The notes below the pieces were generated by a model. That model made no database searches. It was not told the origin of the DNA and was given only the letters and a program-made list of their open reading frames with translations. 64,000 bases of DNA. Source: Somniosus microcephalus. Lineage: Eukaryota. Below are positions 46,470 to 59,537 of this stretch, piece by piece; the stretch's first letter is position 1, and the number at the start of each line of letters is the position of its first letter. The position numbers and the translations under genes are program-made. The stretch lies in NCBI GenBank assembly GCA_052327205.1, contig CM126209.1, forward strand, positions 82,894,001 through 82,958,000, given 5' to 3'.

Positions 46470-47679
46470 TTTGGGCCTTGAAGCCTTTGGGTTTTTGTAA
46501 ACTAGATTTCTTCAGGTCCCCAGTTCAGCGGACTTTCCTAATGAAAGAAGCATGATATTGTGTAGCAACCTGTGACCGCTAAAAGAGCTTTAAATAACCG
46601 TAACATTACAAAGAATCATCAGACCCATGTAAATCACAAAGTGCTGTAATATCTCAGATACAGGAAACCGGACTATAACATGAGGTCTCGCTTTTGAGGA
46701 AAAAATTGAAAGCTGATATCCTAAGTAAATTATATTTTTTTTAAATTCCATTATTTGCTGAAAGTGTGGTGAAATCAGTCATAGTCTGTGTCTTTGAAAT
46801 GACTGGACCCCTGAAACTAGCACTGAAATGAGATTTGTGTTTTAGCACTGTCAGCCCGTTTTCAATTCTACTCTAGATATACGGGAGGAAAGGCACAATA
46901 GGTGTGAATCCACAGTTTAAAAGAAAGACTTGCATTTATATAGTGTCTTTTACATTCTCAGGATGTGCCAAAGCGCTTTACAGTCAATAAATTACTTTTG
47001 AGATGCAGTCACTGTTGTTTTGTAGGCAAATGTGGCAGCCAATTAGCACACAGCAACAGTAATGAGATGAATGACTGGTTAATCTATTCTTGGTGCTGTA
47101 GGTTGAGGGATGAATGTTGGCCCAGGACACAGACTGCAGATTAAACCACAATTGAGCACAAATCTTGCTCAGGCAATAAGAAATAGTGCTGCTGAAAATG
47201 GGGGGAAAAAGTGAGTGATGCTCTTCGGAGATTGGGGTTAAACCAAATGCTTTACTCTCCATCTCGTCTGTCCTGTACTTGACCCAAGAGTGCTTGATTC
47301 TGTCAGTGAGTAGTAAAATTGGCCAAGTATTGCATTATTTATCACTGGTATTCTTCACCTTGATGAAGGGAATTCAACAAAATATATTTTTAATGGAAAG
47401 TAATAGTGATGAAATCCATAAAGTCAATTTTTAAAAAAAAACCTCCGATTGATTCTGGAGATGAATCACAATTCGATCAATCCTTCGATTGGATGTGTTC
47501 TGAGGGATATTTTTCATTTATGTCATTAGAACATGCTCCACTTCACTCTCAAAGCAATGAAATGAATGACTGAGTTACACAGAGGAATCTACCCACTCAT
47601 ATAGCATCTATGGGTATAAAGTGAAAGTGTCACAAGTGTAGATATTTTTTTAAATAAGTAAAGGATTTCATTGTGTGCT

Positions 47680-47985
47680 GATATAATGTGTTACATGGTC
47701 AAGCAACATGTGTTACATGTTATAATGCATTGAGTGTTACGTGGCATATTACATTGTGTTTTCTAAGAGTATAGCATATTACTATAATAACATTTCGTGT
47801 TACATAGTATAATGTGTGTTGCATAAGATGTGTCAGATGGTATGATATGCTGTTACATGATAAGTTACATGGTATAATTCGTATTACATGGCATAATCAA
47901 GTGTTGCATGATATAACATGCATGTTACATGGTATGATGTGTATTGTAGGGTTATAACAACACGTATGTTACTTAGTATGACACA
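47680..47985. repeat. Degenerate AT-rich tandem repeat (GTGTTACATGGTATAAT-like)
   Basis: Recurrent gttacat / tataat motif, resuming briefly after the MITE at 48404. Confidence 0.6.
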
Positions 47986-47986
47986 T

Positions 47987-48403
47987 GGCCTAGAAATTGG
48001 TCCGTTTTCCGGGTGCTACTCAGACGAAGGCCCCAATATGGCAGACAGGAAATGCGCCACCCGCCATGTTGGGTAAGGAGAAACGAGAGGCGTCCTTTAC
48101 CTACACCTGAAGCAGGCATTAGGACCTTTCCATATGCAAATAAAGCACCTAACACCTGTTTGAGGACCTTGCTACAACATTGGTTTGCCCTGAGGCATCA
48201 TGGGAAACCAGCCCTAGCGATCCGATCACCTGCAACAAAGAAAGTAAATAACTTAACCTGAATGTGGAGCCCAGAGTGCTCATTCCACCCCCCACATTAA
48301 AGGAACCGATCACCGCTCCAGACCATGCCAATCATCACCGCACTCTCCTCTCGCCGCCCCCCACCCCGTGCCCCAAACATGGCTGCTGCCCAATTTCTAG
48401 GCC
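47987..48403. mobile_element. MITE with perfect 14-bp TIR GGCCTAGAAATTGG
   Basis: ggcctagaaattgg (47987-48000) and ccaatttctaggcc (48390-48403). Inserted into a degenerate gtgttacatggtataat tandem repeat. Confidence 0.8.
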
Positions 48404-48881
48404 GGTGTTACGTGATATAAGTTATAGAGTGTAACTGCGATTTGCTGAGCTTTGACATCAGCCGAGCAAGGTTAATTTTCAGTGGTCAAAACTAATAGTC
48501 GCTAAGAAAAGAACATAAGCAATTGGAGCAGGAGTGGACCATACGGCCCCTCGAGCCTGCTCCGCAAACAACTTGGATTTCTATAGCCCTCCCCACATAC
48601 AGGAAGCTGTCTGAAATCACACTTAAGAGGAATAGGGTGAGGAGATAATCGAATGAATATCATCCTGAACATATAATTTTGGGACACAATCATTTCCTTG
48701 CTCCTTCAACCTCAAGCCATTCTGCAGAACTTCCCATTTCAAGATGCTACTCAGAATTCGGTTGAAGTCAATGTAAAAGAATGTTGGGCGGGGTGTAAAA
48801 CGGGCTGCCAATTCGCTATCGCAAGCTTTTCGTTACTGCCCAAGGCAAATTTCAGCCCCAGAATATCCATTCATTCAGGAG

Positions 48882-49201
48882 GATGTTTGCCCTGGCTGGG
48901 GGGTCTAGAACAAGGGGTCACAGTCTCAGGATACGGGGTTGGACATTTAGGACTGAGATGAGAAATTTCTTCACTCAGGGTGGTGAACCTGTGGAATTTT
49001 CTACCACAGAAGGCTGTGGAGGCCAAGTCACTGAATATATTTAAGGCGGCGATAGATAGATTTCTAGACACAAAAGGCATCAAGGGGTATGGGGAGAGAG
49101 CAGGAATATGATGCTGAGATAGAGGAATCAGCCATGATCATATTGAATGGCGGAGCAGGCTCGAAGAGCCGAATGGCCTACTCCTACTCCTATTTTTCTA
49201 T
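48882..49201 (+). mobile_element. CR1 LINE 3' fragment
   Basis: NFFTQGGEPVEF/RVVNLWN-type remnant and tail gccgaatggcctactcctactcctat. Further short CR1 tails at ~2290-2410, 39405-39480 and 49605-49754 (+), and 20508-20580, 48505-48562 and 54410-54580 (-). Confidence 0.8.
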
Positions 49202-50217
49202 TTGTGGGATCTTGTTTGCCTAAGTAACTGCACTTCATAATTAATCTATTTTGGGTTGCTGAATATTTTGAATGTAAGTTCTTTAACTTTCTGAGCTGCC
49301 TCGCTTCCGACAACAAACTACAATCTTAGCTATCCCATGTATGGAGCAGCCAATATGAAGCACGTTGAGGAATTGGACACAGCAATCAAATAGAATTACG
49401 AATGTGAGAGGGGGAGGGTGCTGGGGCATTAAGATTTACTGCCCACAGATTGCTGTGTGATTTTAGCAAATATACAATGGCTTTATGTTGGGATGTGACT
49501 GTGTTACTTAAATATCAGTCCTGACAGAAGTGCAGAGGTGTGATGTACAATGGAATAGTTTATGTTGTATTGTGAAATGGTAGGATATTGATATGAAATA
49601 CATATTAGGGGAGACTGGATAGACACTGGAGGGAAATAAACTTGCAGGGCTACGAGGATAGAGTGGGGGAATGGGACTGACCTGGACTGATCTACAGAGC
49701 GGCATGGATTCAATGGGCTGAATGGCCTCCTTCTGTGCCGTTATGACTCTATGACATCACTGGTTAGGAAACAATATGCTAGTGGGGGACAGTGATGTCA
49801 CAATGCTTCAAACCACTGCTTCTTGATAAAAGCTGAGGTACTGTACATGTTTGGATGATTCATTCTTTATTGGATTGATTTAAAACTTAATATTTGTTGT
49901 AAAAATTCTTCAAACGGCCCATTGAACATGCAACAAGTTTCATTGTAATATCAGTTTCAAATGCATCTCCTGGGAAAATGCCTGTTTTTCATATACTGGA
50001 AGCTGAAAAGAAGCCATGTGTTTTCCTTTCCCCCCCAGTTGTGTTTAAATTAGTTGCACAGATTCTCTAATTGCGCTGTATTTTGGGGGCTACTAATGGA
50101 GGCAATTTGAGATGGTCACCAAAGGAGGATGAGCCTGGACATACACGTAGCCGCCAGCTTCTGTCCTCTTCCCACAGTATCTCTGGGGTGTCACCTTTGG
50201 GAAATGTCCAACACCAT

Positions 50218-50612
50218 GTCAGCCGTGGCTCAGTTGTTGCAATCCCGCCTCTGAATCAGAAGGTTGTGGGTTCAAGTTCCACTCGAGACTTGAGCACAAA
50301 AATCGAGGCCGATGCTCCACTGCAAAGTGCCATCTTTCAGATGAGACGTTAAACCAAGGCCTCCTCTGCTCTCTCGGTTGGATGTAAAAGGTCCCACGGC
50401 ACTATTTCGAAGAAGAGCATGGGAGTTCTCCCCAGTGCCCTGGCCAATATTTACCCTTCAACCAACATCACTAAAAAAAAAATTATCCAGTCATTATCAC
50501 GTTGCTGTGTGCAAATTGGCTGCAGCATTTCCTACATTACAGCACTACAAAAGTACTTCATTGGCTGTAAAGCGCTTTGGGATGTCCTGAGGTCATGAAA
50601 GACGCTATATCT
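50218..50612 (+). mobile_element. SacSINE1-like SINE
   Basis: gtcagccgtggctcagttg head, B box, core and tail. Confidence 0.85.
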
Positions 50613-51623
50613 TTTTACAGAAAGATTCCCTTGCACCTTACAAGCAGGCCTATGTATTGATATAATTAAGGCCTTCTTCCTGTTAAGCTACTGGCACAGA
50701 AGGCTATAATGTTGCTATTAAGCGCAGGCAGTCTCGCCAAGAACTGCTCCCAGTAGGTCCCAAAGGAATTTGTATCTGAACAGAGTACACACTGCCAAGA
50801 CTGACCTAGATACTAGCTGCTCGTTCGCTGTGCTTTAACTGCTCAATGTAGCTCCTCTTTAGGTTGAACGATGCTTCTCATTAATGTACGCAGCCTCTCC
50901 AAACTGCTGCTTTCCCCTTTAAAAAAATAAAACGATCAATAAACAACATGACTTTGAAATTACTTCTCGGGTTTTACCCACTAGTTAACGGGATGATCAT
51001 TTTCCAAAACTTAGAATTTACAGGGCATGTGGGAAATGAGACTGCTTGCTAACCAGTGGTTAATTGGTAATAAATACTTGTCCCCTTCAGTCGTCATAGC
51101 TTTCGTTGTTAACAATTGTTAACCGCCTATCCCACACCCTGCCCGAGGTGACATTCAGTGTTCACAATGTAACATTGGACACATACAGACCGTGCAATAG
51201 CTATAAGTGAGTTGGGAGAATGAAAGTATATGGTATGCAGACAATCCCCCTTCCCCAGCACATGGCAGCAGCCCCAGAGGTTTGAGGCAGTATTAATTAT
51301 GTGAAACAGATGTTGCTGAATTACATTAAGTGCTATATTAAACATGCAAGCTCATTAAATGCCCTGTTTTTAGTGTTTTATCTATTTTGGTACATTCCAT
51401 TTCTGCACTTTAACTAACCTTAAATGCTTTAAAGTGCTGTGCATTAGTTCAGTTGGGTCAACTATTTAAGATTCCACAACTTGCCCTACACAGACTAAAG
51501 GATAAATAAACTTAGACACTTGCAAGATATTATAATGTAAATGGTACGGGTGTGTTGCTAGAACACGTCAGCTCAAATAGCATTTCTACTATAAACCAGC
51601 ATGATTTAAAGATTCAAGACCAG

Positions 51624-51975
51624 TGTAGGAGTCTCTGCACTCCTAGCAAAGAATCTATAAACTCACTAGTAGTTAACAAACTGAGTTTAATGTACTAAAA
51701 CTTTACAAAACAAGAAAATGCAGGAGAAGCTCTAAACAGGTCTATTCACTATCACTCCACACGAGGACTGGCTGGAAACGCCCTCTACCTCTGACGTCAT
51801 GACATCACGTTTCCCGCCGTTGGGAATCACATGACCCACGTGATGCCATCATCGCGTCAGATAGCAATTTTGTCGATCTAGCTCTGTTTAACCAGAGCCA
51901 ACATTAAAAGGTAATAAACATGATTAAAGGCAATTGTACAAGTCACTGTGAGAGTCTCTTAGTGGCTTTGCCACA
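51624..51975 (-). mobile_element. Related older solo LTR, 352 bp
   Basis: TGTAG...GCCACA termini and TSD CCAG (51620-51623 and 51976-51979). Shares cacgaggactg, tgacgtcat, ttcccgc..ttggg..tcac.tgacc blocks with the 45644 element. ATTAAA on - at 51686-51691. Confidence 0.75.
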
Positions 51976-54077
51976 CCAGCACAAATTAAAAACATAGTGA
52001 ATGGTACAAACAAAACAACCACAACATGCATTTATACAGCACCTTTAACGTAGTAAAACATCCCAAGGTGTTTCACAGGAATGTTATCAGACAAAAATTG
52101 ACACCGAGTCAAAAGGAGATATTAGGATAGGCAGTAAACTTTGAGGAGAGAGAGGCGGAGAGGTTTAAGGAGAGAATTCCAGAGATTAGGGCCCAAACAG
52201 CTAAAGGCACAGCCTCCAATAAATTTACGTAAAATGTTTCAGAAAAAATTAAATATTGATTAGATCCTGGGTTTCTAGTGATCGCAGCGGGGGTGACAGT
52301 ATGGGTGCTAGAACTAGAATGATGTCCCAGGGTTAGGGATGGACAGTGGGTGAGGGTATCGCTGATGCCCAACAATGTCAAATAGTTTCCTGACACTCAT
52401 GACCTTGGCTTGAACAATAACAATGGCCACAAATCTCCACCTTTGGGAAGAGGAGTGAATACTGTGAAGGAGTTGCAGGCTGTCACTCAGTCCGAGGGAG
52501 AGAGCTAAATTCTCATCAAGGAGTAGACTGCTGTACACGGAGGAGTCTGAAGGGTTTAGAATTTTCTGGGCTCCAGGGCCATACAAGTTCGATCAAAAAG
52601 TTTCTAGTTGCTGTCTCGGGCGTCCAAAAAAAATGTAAATTGTGGAAAAGCTTTTAAGGATTTGGAATTACTTCTTGCTGGGAGTCTGAACAGATCCCTT
52701 GAATGATAGATCTGTTGATCTCTTGGTCGACATTTTCTATTGGTCACAAGGGACCATTTTTTCCTCTGTTGTCAAGGTTTGGGTTAATGGCTATTTTTCA
52801 TTCTTATTTTTGACTCACTAACAATGGCTGGAAGGAGCGCACAATTTGGAAAGGTTCATGGCCCAAGAACACAATCTCATTAGTAGGATCGATAAACACA
52901 CACAGACACACATTGACAATCACACACACTCGCAATAATAGTTTAAACACTTCCCACACTAGCCCACAGGTCGAAATGTGCACAACGCATTCAGAAATGG
53001 CACATTGACCACAAGGAGGTGGGGGAAAGTTCAGATTAAGTGGCCAGGTACTGTTCTTCTGCAATCTGTGACCCGGGGTGGAGGGGGAGGGGGCGTGCAA
53101 ACATGGTGGCTTCAGCCTTCCCAGTACTTAACTGGAGGAGATTGCGGATTATCTAGTACTGGATGTTGGATAAGCAGTCTGATAGCACAGACAGCGAAGG
53201 GGTTAAGAGAAGTGGTTGCGGGGGGCGAGCAGAGTGTCATCAGCATACACGTGAAACCTGAACCGTGTCTTCGGATGATGTCGTCGAAGGGCAGCCTGCA
53301 GATGGGGAATCGGAGGGAGCCAAGGATAGATCCTTGTGGGACTCCAGAGGTAGTGGTGGAGGGTTGAACGAGAAGGCATTGCAGGAGATGCTCTGGCTAT
53401 GATTGGCTAGGTTAGAGTGGGACCAGGTGAGGGCAGTCCCACTCAGCTGGACAACAGAAGAGGTGCATTGGAGGAGGATGGTGTGGGAGTGTGTCAAAGA
53501 CTGCAGACAGGTGGAGAAGGATAGGGAGGGATGGTGCACTGTGGTCAGTCACACGAGATGTCAACAGTTGTTGTCATGGTGATACATTGAATTCTCAGCA
53601 TTTACGGAAATCACTAACTGCACGTCTGACCTGGAGCAATGCAGTCACTTTGATTACGCTCCACAGTTCCATACTTCTGCAGGCATTCTTCATGATTATA
53701 GCTGTTAACAAGGCCTTAAGTTTAAAAAAAATCAGCTTTTCCTCCCCCGGCCCGGTTAGGAAGTCATTTTGGAGTATGGAAAATCCTCAGAGCAGGCCTA
53801 GACATGGACAAACGGGAAGGGTGGGGGGTCCTGTGTCCTTGGACACAACAAAGGGGAAAATTGGGCAGGGTGGGGAAGGGGAAACGTGCACCCGATTCTT
53901 TGTCCATTTTAATTAAGGAAATTAATGGAATGGTTTCCTTACACAAGTGTGACACTCCGCGCCCGATTTTGCTCTGCTCACTGCGACAAAGCAATTCCAT
54001 ACACCCAGGCGCAAGAAAATCCACCCCGTCGCCTGCTAGCACTTCGTGGGCTGGCGCCGCCCCCCCCCCCCCCCCCC

Positions 54078-54177
54078 CGAGGAGACCGGTCTTGCGGCCT
54101 GGGCTCCCCCCGAGGAGACCGGTCTTGCAGCCTGGCGCCCCCCACCCTCCTGAGGAGACCGGTCTCGCGGCCTGGGC
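54078..54177. repeat. Three tandem ~33-36 bp GC-rich units (GAGGAGACCGGTCTTGCGGCCTGGG...)
   Basis: Directly visible triplication. Confidence 0.75.
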
Positions 54178-55639
54178 CAAACATCTTCACGAGCGGAACA
54201 ACTTTGTGGAAATCAATCCCTGCAACTCCATGATGCCGCGTCGAACGTTCCATCCACAAGGTAAGCCGTCAGATCATCGCACTGAGGGTACCACGAAGGT
54301 TACTCCCCCACCCCCCCAACCAGGAATTGAACAGCCAAAGGCATTGGTGCAAAACCTCAAAATCAAGAGAAAAGCAGCAAAATTATGCACCAGATTTTAT
54401 ATGAATGACAGAATTTACAGCACAGAAACAGGCCATTCGGCCCAACGGGTCATGTTGGCATTTGTGCTCCACATGAGCCTCCTCCAACCTTACTTCACCT
54501 AACCCTAATCCTTCTTTTCTCCCTCATGTTTATCTAGCTTCGCCTTAAATGCATCTATGCTATTCGCCTCAACCACTCCATACGATTTAAGCGTGAATCT
54601 TACGTTTAAAATGCACCTTCAAATTTTATAATAGCACATGGCAGACCGCTCAGAGAAAGAAACACTAAAGTTTTATGACCTAAATCAATCCTGCAAAAGT
54701 CTACAAAGTTCCATACGGTTTAGACATTATGTTAAAGCAGTGAGTTCCACAAGTTAGAATGCTTTTGAAAGAAGATTATTACTTTGGTGAGAATAATACT
54801 CTTGTTCTTGGAGGTTTAGCCAGGTAAATAGCAACAACTGAACCCAAGAATGTTGTTTGATCGGAAGTTCACAGCCCTCACCAAGGGTTGGTGGAGCCGA
54901 CACACAAATGGCTGCACCTTGAGTGTGGGGAAAGTGCACTGGAATGTAAGAGAAGACGGTTCTGGAGCCGGTTATTATTAATACACAGTGCCTGGAGGCG
55001 GAGGAAGTATCCTAATTATTTTCATCTGTTTCCAAATATGATACATTGAGAAATCTTTTGCAGATTTCAACTAGACTTCGTACCCAAGTTCATGGGGCTA
55101 CTGACTCGGGCAATTTATATTATCCTTATAGTACAGCAAACTTCTTAAAATAAAGAAAACAATACAGATATTAAGAGAAGAAATAATGCTCTTTCCATTA
55201 TAATATTCTGCAGTGCGTTAAAGACAGGGACATGGTGGTGTATGGGAGTTCGCTCTTAGTGAGGAAGCCATGATCAATTTGTGAAGGGTGTATACTGTAC
55301 TAATTATTACTCTTGGCTGTAAGTGTGTTTATATTGTAGCTACCAGTGAGAGACCAGCAGCCACAATATAGGCCCCTCTTCTCCCATGCAGTTTCTTGCC
55401 TGACTCCCTGATTTGGTGTCTCCGAGAGGAGGCAGCTCATCACACGCAGACTCTACCCATGACCAAAGCCTCGCTCCCCACTTTTAAATGTTTCAAGTGC
55501 GAGGAAGGAAGTGCTCTCAACCCTGAATATGTTTAAATCTGTGCTGAACTTAAGCAGTAAGAGATTGGCCTTTCCCCGGAGTCAGGCCAGGGCTTGAATC
55601 ACTTCAGAGCACTTTACATACACCCTCTTTTTTTTTTAA

Positions 55640-55768
55640 AAAGCATAATACTGCGGATGCTGCAAATCTGAAATAAAAAGTGTAAAATGTTGGAAACACT
55701 CAGGTCAGGCAGCATCTGTGGAGAGAGAAACAGAGTTAACGTTTCAGATCGATGACCTTCCGTCAGAA
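55640..55768 (-). mobile_element. Penelope-like repeat fragment with a degenerate minimal hammerhead motif
   Basis: Homologous to the 20270 arm. Minus strand reads CTGACGG-AAGGTCATCGATCT-GAAA-CGTTAAC. Confidence 0.55.
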
Positions 55769-56431
55769 TGGTTTCAGAATTTTAAGATGGATTCTTTTCC
55801 TCCTCCTCTTCAATTTTTTTGTGGGGGTTCAGGTGAGGTACATTAGAATCGATCTCTTCCCATTTGACCCACCGTGTCAGCATCAAGCACTCCCAGGCAA
55901 GGTGCAACAAAGGCAGATGCAGAGCAGAGCTCCCAACTATGTGCCTTAAGTTCCAACAGGCACCCGCCCCCCTTCACTGCACCCAGTGTGACATTCTTCC
56001 ACTTCCCACACCACTCACCTTGTGCCTTCGAGTGACATGGCCAGTTAGTGCTGAATTCGGGACAGCTTTGTGCTATAGGCCAATGCCCGCGTGGTATGAG
56101 GCTGACAAACTCATTTCACTGTGATGGGAATGGGTGAGAAAAGGAATTTAAAAAAATCATCTTCAAAAATGAATCACCACATTCAAAATCAGGGATGAAA
56201 ATTTATTTTTGAAGGTCAGAGAGAAAAAGAAAATCAGTAGCAATAGAAACCGAACGGTGTTAATTCATTGTAGGTAACATTTCTAAGGAAGCAAGTAGGA
56301 AGAAACTGTACATCAAAAACTATTGAATCACATTTAGCCTTCATCCCTGCTTTCCTGACAACTACAATTCCTGCAACAGTCACCTAACCACGACACAGAC
56401 TATTAGTTCATCATGTACTTTTCAATACTAT

Positions 56432-57992
56432 GGGTCAGAATTTGCTGTCAAAATAACGGAGAGGCTAATGGCACGCGCCATTATTTAAGCGTAAATGGTA
56501 CAGCAGCTTAAGGCGACGGGCAGATGCGCGGTTAAATGCCAACTACAACAACAACAACTTGTTTTGATATAGCACCTTTAACTTAGTGAAACAACCCAAG
56601 GCGCTTCACAGGAGCGTTCTAAAAGAAAATCTGACACCGAGCTACATAAGGAGATATTCGGGCAGGAGACCAAAAGCTTGGTCAAAGAGGTAGGTTTTAA
56701 GGAGTGTCTTAGAGGAAAGAGAGGTAGCGAGGCAGAGAGGTTTAGGCAGGGAATTCCACAGCTTAGAGCCTAGGGAACAGAAGGCACAGCCACCAATGTT
56801 TGAGCGATTATAATCAGGGATGCTCAAGAGGCCAGAATTAGGGGAGCGCAGATATCTCAGGGGGTTGTGGGGCTGAAGGAGATTACAGAGATAGGGAGGG
56901 GCGAGGCCATGGAGGGATTTGAAAACAAGGATGAGAATTTTGAAATTGAGGCGTTGCTTATCCGGGAGCCAATGTAGGTCAGCGAGCACAGGGGAGATGG
57001 GTGAACAGGACTTGGTGCGAGTTAGGACACGGGCAGCTGAGTTTTGGATGAGCTGTTTACGTAGGGTAGAATGTGGGAGGCCAGCCAGGAGTGCGTTGGA
57101 AGAGTCAAGTCTAGGGGTAACAAAGGCATGGATGAGGGTTTCAGCAGCGGATGAGCTGAGGCAGGGGCAGAGACAGGCGATGTTACAGAGGTGGAAATAG
57201 GCGATTTTAGTGATGGTGTGGCTATGTGGTCGGAAGCTCATTTCAGGATCAAATATGACACCAAGGTTGCGAACAGTGTGATTCAGCCTCAGACATTTGC
57301 CAGGGGGAGGGGCGGAGTCGGTGGCTAGGGAACGGAGTTTGTGGCGGGGACCGAAAACAATATTCAAAAGTCTCTGTCCGAATTGCACCGCTCCGCCATT
57401 AGGTTCGTGAAAACGGCATCTTGCCGTCAGGCTCACCATCGACATGCAGTGAATTGCGTGAAGTTGCTGTATTTGCACGGTAGATATGAACGAAACCCGT
57501 CACAGATAGTTGGGTCTTTTAGCGGGGTGATAATTATTAATTACTGCCAATCAATCTATCCGGTACCGAAAATTAACTATTACAGGTGTGGAGTCTCATT
57601 CCATCAGGTTTTGAATTTTTCGGGTAGATTTTTAAAATGTCCAATTTTTAACTTTAAACATTTTTTTCTTACTTTTTCTCTCTCTCTTAATCCAATCTTT
57701 CTTTCCCTCTTTTGGTACCTGATTTGACATTGAATTCACGCCTTTCAATTCACCCGCCTTCTCAGTCCTCCCGCTGTTTAATTCCCAATCCTTTTATCTC
57801 ATTGGCTAACGAGATACCCTGTTGTTTGCCCTGTTCACTCAGGTCCCAGTTGCACGTTGCCCCTCGCTGCTCCGTTATCAGCTCGCACTTTCAGCAACTT
57901 TGTGGGTGGGTTTTTTGGATCTGCAGGGTGCAGGGGCAAGTCTAACTAACGGCAGATGGCGTTAGATACCCTGCTGCAACAAATTCTGGCCC
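56432..57992. mobile_element. MITE with GGG(T/C)CAGAATTTG termini, interrupted by an L2 fragment
   Basis: gggtcagaatttgctg at 56432 is inverted to caacaaattctggccc ending at 57992. Confidence 0.7.
56546..57345 (-). mobile_element. L2-type LINE 3' fragment
   Basis: VRNLGVIFDPEMSF..AETLIHAFVTPRLDSSNALLAGLP..QLIQNSAARVLT..LHWLP..SKLWNSLP, with a (GTT)n tail on the - strand. Confidence 0.9.
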
Positions 57993-58934
57993 AATGATTA
58001 TTTCTTTATAACAGTCATCCAGATTCACAGTGGTTAAAAATAGGAGCCTATTTTCTGAATGCGGTTGTCTGGATCCCACATCAGATTCGAGTTTTTCCAA
58101 ACATACAGCAAAGCTTTAAACTATTTACTCTAAAAATAGTAAATGCCAGAAATCAAACTGTTGTTAGTAATAATTGTTGCTGTTAAAAAGAGTGTCTAAA
58201 AAAAATATAAAAATTTGCTGATACTAAATTGGGGGCGTAACAAACATGATAAATGCAGGAGACAAGAGGATTGACAGTTAGGGGCAGCGGGCAGATATTT
58301 GGCAAATGCAGTTCAACGTAAATAAATGTGAACTAGCACATTTTGGGAAAAATGCTCCCACAGTGCCTCTGGGTTAGGGAAGGATACCCGGGTTCCCACC
58401 GGATTGTCAGGAGTGGCAACCCAGATATTCCTCTCAAACCCAAAGGCACCGCAGGAGCATGACATCGCAGCTGAGCCCAGGCTGTGTGAGGATCGGGTTT
58501 GACTGGCATATCATGCCCCCACAGTCGAATAGCCTGCCGACGGTCACCGATGAATAACTGGATGAGGGAACAGGAAGGCGACCGGCGCTGGTGGAACTGT
58601 CGCCCGGTGAAGAGAACAATTGGCAGAGAAGATTGGCAACTAAAATATTCTTCTCTTCTCCCCCGCCCCCCCCCACCCCAAAGCAGCAAACCTTGGAGCT
58701 CTGCCAACACCATAAACTGTGGGCAGTCGCGCTCTGAAGTTGGTACGTCAAAACCATGACAATCATTGCGCTTCAGACTGCTGGAAGACCTGCCTTTGGA
58801 ACTGGGTTTTCAGCCAAACAGAAACCAAATCTGGAAGATATTGATCCCAGTTCCAGAATGGAGGGCAGCACCCAGAGGCCGAGGGAAATAGATGGGCGAG
58901 TGGAGTGCTTCAATATATACAAACGGGTATAGGG

Positions 58935-59382
58935 GTCAGCCATGGCTCAGTGGGTAGCACTCTCGCTCTGAGTCAGGTGGTCGTGGGTTCAAATCCCACT
59001 CCAGAGACTTGAGCACAAAAATCGAGGCTGACACTCCAGTGCAGTGCTGAGGAAGTGCTGCACTCTCGGAGGTGACGTCTTTCGGATGAGACGTTAGACC
59101 GAGGACCCGTCTGTCCTGTCAGGTGGAAGTAAAAGATCCCATGGCACTATTTCGAAGAGGAGCAGGGGGAGTTCTCCCCGGTGTCCTGGCCAATATTTAT
59201 CCCTCAATCAACATCACTAAAAAGAGATTATCTGGTCATTATCACATAGCTGTTTGTGGGAGCTTGTTGTGCGTGATTTGGCTGCTGCGTTTCATACATT
59301 ACAACAGTGACTCATTGACTAGAAAGTGCTTTAGGACATCCTGAGGACAAGGAAGGTGCTATATAAATGCAAGTCTTTCTTT
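58935..59382 (+). mobile_element. SacSINE1-like SINE, full length
   Basis: gtcagccatggctcagtgggtagcac head through to the aaatgcaagtctttctttc tail. Minus-strand fragments also at ~10470-10572, 36960-37060 and 46921-47130. Confidence 0.85.
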
Positions 59383-59531
59383 CAAAAAAGAGTTGGGTTG
59401 GGGCACATTGGAAATAGAAGAATTGGGAGGGGGTGCAGGAGTAGTGCTTCATTTTATAACATTTTCATTTAAACTTTTTAGTGGTGGATTAATAATTATA
59501 GTAATAAAACTGCTCCTGCCATCTGAGTTGC

Positions 59532-59537
59532 TTTATT
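59532..59537 (-). terminator. Candidate RTKN2 polyadenylation signal
   Basis: TTTATT on + (AATAAA on -) about 580 nt past the RTKN2 stop codon. Hexamer evidence only. Confidence 0.3.

Noticed and set aside
52314-52900. Possible extra minus-strand exon downstream of RTKN2
   Set aside because: It has stops and frameshifts and lies between L2 fragments. More likely a decayed LINE endonuclease region, but too degraded to call.
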